DNA of 64,000 nt from a virus (taxonomy: Duplodnaviria > Caudoviricetes). Below the pieces are notes generated by a model that did no database searches, was not told the origin of the DNA, and saw nothing but the letters and a program-made list of their open reading frames with translations. Of the stretch, positions 59,901-64,000 are shown piece by piece. The stretch spans positions 64,001 to 128,000 of the IMG/VR virus record IMGVR_UViG_3300026549_000040. One strand, given 5' to 3'. Each line of letters opens with the position of its first letter. Within the stretch, counting starts at the first letter, position 1. The translations under genes were made by a program, and so were the position numbers.

Positions 59901-60891
59901 TAATCCAGCTACTATAAAACCTTCTGCTTGGGTAGAACAACAAGATGCTGATGGATGGACCACTACAAATCCTGAAGTAAGAAGTGAAAATGATGGAATT
60001 TATCTTTATACTTGCACTCAGATGTTAACTAATGGTGGTGAATGTATTACTTCTGATGTTGTATTAGATGAATCTATGAAAGGTTTAGCTTTTACTGATG
60101 GAGTAGAAAACAGATTTAAGTCTTTATCTAGTACATATACTAAAAAGTCTGACTCTATAAAAAGAACACAAAGGATATATCTTAGAAATAATGATCCAAA
60201 TCAATTACCTGCAGAACCATCTAGTGATTCTTGGATAGAGGATTCTGAGGATTATAATTATAGTCCCAGTCTTGGATGGGTAAATTATATACCTGAATAT
60301 AATTCAGATTTTAAAATATTATGGACTTGTGAACAATACGAATTATCTGATAATAGCTTTGGTCATACTCCTATAAAAGTAGATAATACTACAACCGTTA
60401 TTGATGGAGATAATATAACTACTGGTACTATAAATGCTAATAGAATAAATTTAGCTCCATATATGACTTTTGAGAATAGAGACTATGCTGCAGTAGATGC
60501 TTCAGGTACTAAACCTACTTTTGGAACCAATACGTACTATATACATACTACTGCAGATGAATATATATTAATTGAAGATTTTTATTCAACAACTCCTCCT
60601 GGTTCATCTGGATGGGATACTATATGGAATGATAATTGGAAAAATTGTTATATAAAATCTCAAACTTCTCAAACGCCTTATTTAAAGATAGGAAATAAAG
60701 ATACATTTGCTATTACAGTTGATAACAAGCAGATAATATTTTGGAATGAGAATGAAAGAGTTGCATTTATAGATGGTAAATTAATGAGCATACCAAAATC
60801 TGTTATGTTAGAAGAAATGATGATTGGACAAGATAAATGGTCTTGGAAAGAACATAATGGTAATTTACAGTTAAAGTGGTTAGGAGAATAA
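53953..60891 (+). CDS. central spike (gp5/gpV OB-fold) fused to a long repetitive fibre
   Basis: N-terminal KVRIP...GDIVIVSFEN...PVILG; two interleaved repeat types with short GxDG collagen-like linkers; IDGDNITTG motifs. Confidence 0.75.
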   Translation: MIQKGRIERVIDKYTYKVRIPKYDKVLEDPEGTRTEDLAEGLVCITPGMNVAYTVGDIVIVSFENDEISKPVILGLLYRDNNENIDSGAALTLVDDNIKQLKSSISGIKNSSSVYTHVRYSNDNGVTFTSLYNPNISERTDSEGNIYCIPVWSTRGLNGIQIDKDSDFLTWFILDENKHNITNQIGIDTIFFDSEGNILRTVPKEDREYTIQLNNLTDIEGALYLTYRIYAPKNYLDKLHISLSSDKNVLGTVEGKYLGLYITNSPEASLDCSDYQWISFASGGMSNDVTEAIAELEETTGDIKEQITEVVTDVDGFRVSVTEAVATSKQAEDMAKAVQDAADRGDFDGVGVYSTVVTYQASSSNTEVPSGTWYDEDHMPEVPDGHYLWTKTYITYTNNTHSTSYSVARQGIKGDTGDTGLNVSNVSLYQRGSTAPSKPTGNLIYSFITGDITLDPEDITSNLNGWTKNIPEIDGHPCWVISTTVSANTSTTIIEDTSWSAQVKFVEDGESGGIGAHGINTAPIYLYQRSSSTPKKPVNTLTYTFSTRAISGTIDNNWVVDIGTLTGTDPIWVIGAVASSNTDSDTIGSNEWSAPIILSQDGNDGSDGQDGSDGISISSVTNYYLATSLSSGVTPSTSGWTTTIQTMDSTNQYLWNYEVVTGSDSSIINTTTPIIIGRYGQDGSQGPSGSDGKGITSITEYYLATSASSDVTPSTSGWTTEVQTTDSTNKYLWNYEVIAYTVGSPYTSEPRIIGTQGEDGQDGQDGIDGINGLNQATVYIYKRSSVIPDTPEESGIYTFATGELTGDVIDIEGWETSVPNGSNPCYVSTALAISRESEATIEAWSDVVKFVENGINGYNQATLNLYQRTSSTLTGSDVPTNTSYNFNTKQISGSIGNWSTSIPNGTAPCWSTSAVAISREQSVSLVWSAPVKIVQNGQDGQSGLNQATINLYKRAASVTAPTISVRYKFSDGTLRNNSDVIIDTLQGWGRNIPTGTEQCWIVSASAISREDYVTISSWSSPIKLVKDGTSATQYYTYVKYATDSSGSNMRDTPMAGYNYIGTYTGTTQTPSANLYTWSKYVGDNGQDGTSVTVTSIEYAVTDTEDEPISWESQIPEVGEDQWLWSKVTLSGSDNVIISKSYSGKSGTDGYNQATINLYQRASSASKPSSTVTYRFSDGKFSTNGTTWSDSVGSWVKSMPAINTSHPEYPCWVISAVAISQDSTDDISTTEWSGPNKCAENGLNQAVIRLYKRASSKPVDTEIRPNRNLTYTFKTSTLSPTDSDGKFNGWSKDIPESDSNKNPCWFISAVASGTGLTDTILTTDWNPPLKLMNDGVGITRVEEEYRLSDREDKLDPETSSVSKYTWSTTQPAYEYGKFYWVRQHIFYDNGSNDYSTPVCDKSINGAINHVETYYLSTASFDVAKDQIQSRVAKTQLELIGQTYALCQTASETSTKEAIITPQDQSWTLQTDTEITVQFEYRNTTNNPKLSINGQPQNGASLKDKDGNTLTEEKLHWEAGSIFLFKYDGTNWRLQDNLKFERLDKAESAITQNANNIELKVSDSDLTGNNVISRINLNSTTATIKAARVQIDGAAIFNNSDFQSLANNAYDENGAANIAKQQAISYTDNKTANMATTTDINQLKANYGTCSTSASTRIKVVTCSNFELVDGNELTVYFSIANTQYSSSVQLNINNKGAKDVWVANAVTSSSNQLLWGAGAYITFKYVTVGSSSYFIVIGEPRSWYGASTTAASTASKTDTTAITGCVICKGAKIELAMSNKNTNDSATLNIRSTGAKAIYYGNTSTRPTVDNGHSWIDSTTATFTFDGSAYRMAGQTVINGDNIVTGSISANELNVNNINASGIFSAGSFNSDAKRNINKRSQRIYYKTNQESTPGTPNSWVSRSDTVTNNWTTCYMSYDNNNPCLFTCIQYESLDGYLTYSEVIEDTTQSDARFYTDGELSFKAASADLIEKQQTLYRRSLIRLNPATIKPSAWVEQQDADGWTTTNPEVRSENDGIYLYTCTQMLTNGGECITSDVVLDESMKGLAFTDGVENRFKSLSSTYTKKSDSIKRTQRIYLRNNDPNQLPAEPSSDSWIEDSEDYNYSPSLGWVNYIPEYNSDFKILWTCEQYELSDNSFGHTPIKVDNTTTVIDGDNITTGTINANRINLAPYMTFENRDYAAVDASGTKPTFGTNTYYIHTTADEYILIEDFYSTTPPGSSGWDTIWNDNWKNCYIKSQTSQTPYLKIGNKDTFAITVDNKQIIFWNENERVAFIDGKLMSIPKSVMLEEMMIGQDKWSWKEHNGNLQLKWLGE

Positions 60892-60892
60892 T

Positions 60893-63800
60893 ATGGCTTT
60901 TACAATTTATTACAAAATAGAAAACAATACATCTTTACACCTAAGAAATAATTCAGCAACTGGATATACTGCTGCTACATTCGGTGATGATACTACAACG
61001 CCATCTTGGGTGTCAAGTACTACACAATCGAATATTAGTAACGTAATAATTGATAATGTTTTATCTCCAACTAGTTGCTATCATTGGTTTTATGGATTTA
61101 AAAATTTAAAGTCTATAACTAATCTTAATAAACTTGATACTAATAATATTGTAAGTATGAACTCTATGTTTTATAATTGTTCCTCATTAACCAACTTAGA
61201 TCTAAGTAGTTGGAATTCTAATATATGGGGTACCTATCGTGTTCTATTTATGACATCCATGTTTTATGGTTGCTCTTCATTAACTAGTCTAAACTTAGGT
61301 AATTTTAATACTAGTGGTGTTACTAACATGCGTTCTATGTTTTATAATTGTTCTTCATTAACTAGCCTGGATCTAAGTAATTTTAATACTAGTGGTGTTA
61401 CTAGTATGCTCTCTATGTTTTATGGGTGTTCTTCATTAACTAGTTTAAATCTAAGTAATTTTAATACTTCTAATGTTAGGTTTATGGATCATATGTTTTA
61501 TGGTTGCTCCTTACTAACTAGTTTAAACCTAAGTAATTTTAATACTTTTAATGTTGAAGATATGAGCTATATGTTTAGTAAGTGTTCTTCATTAACTAGC
61601 CTGGATCTAAGTAATTTTAATACTAGTGGTGTTAAAAATATGTCAGGGATGTTTAATTATTGTGGAAGTTTATCCTCAATAATTTTTGGTAATAATTGGG
61701 ATACTTCTAAAGTTGAAAATATGTATTGTATGTTTCAAAATTGCTCCTCACTAACTAGTTTAAACCTAAGTAATTTTAATACTTCTAATGTTGAAAATAT
61801 GGAGTTTATATTTGATTCTTGCGAAAGCTTGTCTAGAATTACTTTTGGTAGTAATTGGAAAACTATTAATGTTCAAAGTATGCGTTGCATGTTTCAAGAT
61901 TGCCCTTTATTAACTAATTTAGATCTAAGTAGTTGGAATACTATTGATAATGTTATTACTAACAATGCTAGTACTAATATGCGTTTAATGTTTTGGGGTT
62001 GCTCTTCATTAACTAGTTTAAACCTAACTAATTTTGATACTTCAAATGTTAAAGATATGAATCAGATGTTTTATAATTGCTCTTCATTAACTAGTTTAGA
62101 TTTAAGTAGTTTTAATACTTCTAATGTTGAAAATATGAAATATATGTTTAGCCATTGTAGAAGTTTACCATCAATAATTTTTGGTAATAATTGGGATACT
62201 TCTAAAGTTGAAAATATGGAATATATGTTTCAATTATCTTCATTAACTAGTTTAGATTTAAGTAGTTGGAATACTTCTAATGTTAAAACTATGGAAGGTA
62301 TGTTTAATTATTGTGAAAGTTTATCTGGAATTACTTTTAGCAGTAATTGGAATACTTCTAAAGTTGAAACTATGTATCGTATGTTTCAACAATGTTCTTC
62401 ATTAACTAATTTAGATTTAAGTAGTTGGACTACTGCTAATAATGTTACTACTAGCATGTGTCGTATGTTTAATAACTGCTCCTCACTAACTAGTTTAAAC
62501 CTAACTAATTTTGATACTTCAAATGTTGAAGATATGAGCTATATGTTTGGTAATTGCTCTTCATTAATTGGTTTAGATTTAAGTAGTTTTAATACTTCTA
62601 ATGTTGAAAATATGGAGTGCATGTTTCAACTTTGCTCCTCATTAACTAGCTTAGATATAAGTAGTTTTAATACTTCTAATGTTCTTAATATGGGGTTTAT
62701 GTTTAATCACTGTGAAAGGTTACCTTCAATTACTTTTGGTAATAATTGGAATACTTCTAAGGTAACTAATATGCACTGTATATTTCAAGCATGTTTTTCA
62801 TTAAATGAGTTAGATATAAGTAGATGGGATACTCATAATGTTAATAACATGAGTCATATGTTTTGGCGTTGTGAAAGTCTGCCCTCAATAACTTTTGGTA
62901 ATAATTGGGATACTAGTATGGTTACTGATATGAACTCTATGTTTCAGCAGTGTTATTTATTAACTAGTTTAGATCTAAGCAGCTGGGATACCAGTAATGT
63001 TACCAATATGCTTGATATGTTTTATGGTTGTTCTTCATTATCTAGTTTAAATTTAAGTAATTGGAATACCAATAATGTTACTAACATGTCTGGGATGTTT
63101 AATTCTTGTGAAAATCTAACATTTAGGTTTACAATAAATGGTAAACAGATTTCTAATGTAGAAAATATGTTTATCGATACAAAAAAAGATATACTTTTAT
63201 TAGGTGATGCACCTAATCTTAATTTAATGGCAGAAACTGCTAATAATAAAAATGTAAAAGTATGGAGACTTTCTAATACATTTTCTGCTCAAAGAGATGA
63301 TAGCCTAACTTCTAATATAGATATATCACTGACAGTAAATAGACCTGTACTTTCTACTTTTAGTAATAGTATTAAAATACATTTAATTATAGATGGTATT
63401 GAATATATTTATCCAGGAAATAATAATTTAATATTATATACCGATGAAAATTATACTCAAAGGTTTACAGGTACTGTTACTGAGTCTTCTACTAAGTTAT
63501 ATGCTTACGTGCAAAATATGGATGAAAATATTGCCCATGCACTTAGTGTATATATTACAGATGACTATGGGAATTCTTCTACACAATATTCTAGAATTCC
63601 TATTGTATACTATACAATAGATTTCTTACATGGAGGCAAAGGTGTATCATTTGGAGAAAAAGCTATAACTGATGATATGTATTTTCCTTTACAGGGGGTC
63701 ACGCCATTTGAAGCAGATAAATACTATAGTAGAGGGGTATCATCTAGTGGTGAACATGAATTTAATAAGATTCATACAAAACCAGATGATTGGGATGAAG

Positions 63801-64000
63801 AACCAGAAAATTATTACATTTTAGAAAATCCTGGTGGATTATTCAAGAATGATATGAATTCTCTATTTAAGAGGAAATTAGATCTATATGAAGATGGTTC
63901 ACCTGATGGAGAAGAGAGAGGATATGTAGATAGCATACTAACAGAAATGCTAGAAACAAGAGGGTGGAACGATTGTATATCTTATGTAGATGGTTCTGGC
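60893..64000 (+). CDS. BspA/DUF285 leucine-rich-repeat tail fibre/receptor-binding protein, 3' truncated (absent from ORF track)
   Basis: ATG at 60893 after AGGAG; about 25 MxxMFxxCSSLTSLDLSxFNTSNV repeats; C-terminal TIDFLHGGKGVSFGEKA motif of DUF859-like minor tail proteins; no stop seen. Confidence 0.85.
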   Translation, partial: MAFTIYYKIENNTSLHLRNNSATGYTAATFGDDTTTPSWVSSTTQSNISNVIIDNVLSPTSCYHWFYGFKNLKSITNLNKLDTNNIVSMNSMFYNCSSLTNLDLSSWNSNIWGTYRVLFMTSMFYGCSSLTSLNLGNFNTSGVTNMRSMFYNCSSLTSLDLSNFNTSGVTSMLSMFYGCSSLTSLNLSNFNTSNVRFMDHMFYGCSLLTSLNLSNFNTFNVEDMSYMFSKCSSLTSLDLSNFNTSGVKNMSGMFNYCGSLSSIIFGNNWDTSKVENMYCMFQNCSSLTSLNLSNFNTSNVENMEFIFDSCESLSRITFGSNWKTINVQSMRCMFQDCPLLTNLDLSSWNTIDNVITNNASTNMRLMFWGCSSLTSLNLTNFDTSNVKDMNQMFYNCSSLTSLDLSSFNTSNVENMKYMFSHCRSLPSIIFGNNWDTSKVENMEYMFQLSSLTSLDLSSWNTSNVKTMEGMFNYCESLSGITFSSNWNTSKVETMYRMFQQCSSLTNLDLSSWTTANNVTTSMCRMFNNCSSLTSLNLTNFDTSNVEDMSYMFGNCSSLIGLDLSSFNTSNVENMECMFQLCSSLTSLDISSFNTSNVLNMGFMFNHCERLPSITFGNNWNTSKVTNMHCIFQACFSLNELDISRWDTHNVNNMSHMFWRCESLPSITFGNNWDTSMVTDMNSMFQQCYLLTSLDLSSWDTSNVTNMLDMFYGCSSLSSLNLSNWNTNNVTNMSGMFNSCENLTFRFTINGKQISNVENMFIDTKKDILLLGDAPNLNLMAETANNKNVKVWRLSNTFSAQRDDSLTSNIDISLTVNRPVLSTFSNSIKIHLIIDGIEYIYPGNNNLILYTDENYTQRFTGTVTESSTKLYAYVQNMDENIAHALSVYITDDYGNSSTQYSRIPIVYYTIDFLHGGKGVSFGEKAITDDMYFPLQGVTPFEADKYYSRGVSSSGEHEFNKIHTKPDDWDEEPENYYILENPGGLFKNDMNSLFKRKLDLYEDGSPDGEERGYVDSILTEMLETRGWNDCISYVDGSG
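61130..63120 (+). repeat. ~25 x ~78-nt tandem coding repeat (LRR)
   Basis: Recurrent atg-nnn-nnn-atgttt-nnn-nnn-tg(t/c)tcttcattaactagt units. Confidence 0.9.

Noticed and set aside
61130-63120. CRISPR array or classical DGR in the 78-nt repeats
   Set aside because: Repeats are in-frame LRR coding units without unique spacers; no RT or template repeat in the window; differences are not adenine-only
1-64000. Stop-codon reassignment as seen in some large gut phages
   Set aside because: Core genes are full length in the standard code, and TAA, TAG and TGA all end genes at sensible boundaries

Overview
AT-rich (roughly 30% GC by eye) segment of a large T4-superfamily-like myophage genome, standard genetic code, with essentially all genes on the + strand. 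Strong AGGAGG-type SD sites, sigmaA-type promoters, peptidoglycan hydrolases and InlB/BspA domains suggest a Gram-positive (Bacillota) host; this is inference. Gene order: DUF3990/ART-like gene, small acidic proteins, fibre-like proteins, TerL, portal, ART-like gene, ribosomal protein bS21, a very long prohead protease-scaffold and the major capsid protein. Next is a terminator-bounded island of host-promoter genes (HTH, ThyX-like, RNA ligase). The late genes then resume: MoxR AAA+ with a three-way split metallopeptidase/QG-linker/vWA, neck, sheath, tube, chaperones, tape measure, baseplate, three paralogous hub-hydrolases, a spike-fibre fusion and a BspA/DUF285 LRR fibre running off the window. 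Main candidate system: protease-processed capsid cargo. Many late non-tail proteins carry T4-gp21-type (L/I)-x-E sites near the N-terminus, and several, including the protease itself, look like polyproteins of small modules joined by ESL(N/T)E-like linkers. Also notable: a probable heterotrimeric multi-hydrolase hub, a hypervariable LRR array, a shared late promoter motif and a candidate late small RNA. All protein calls come from motif recognition by eye; no searches were run.
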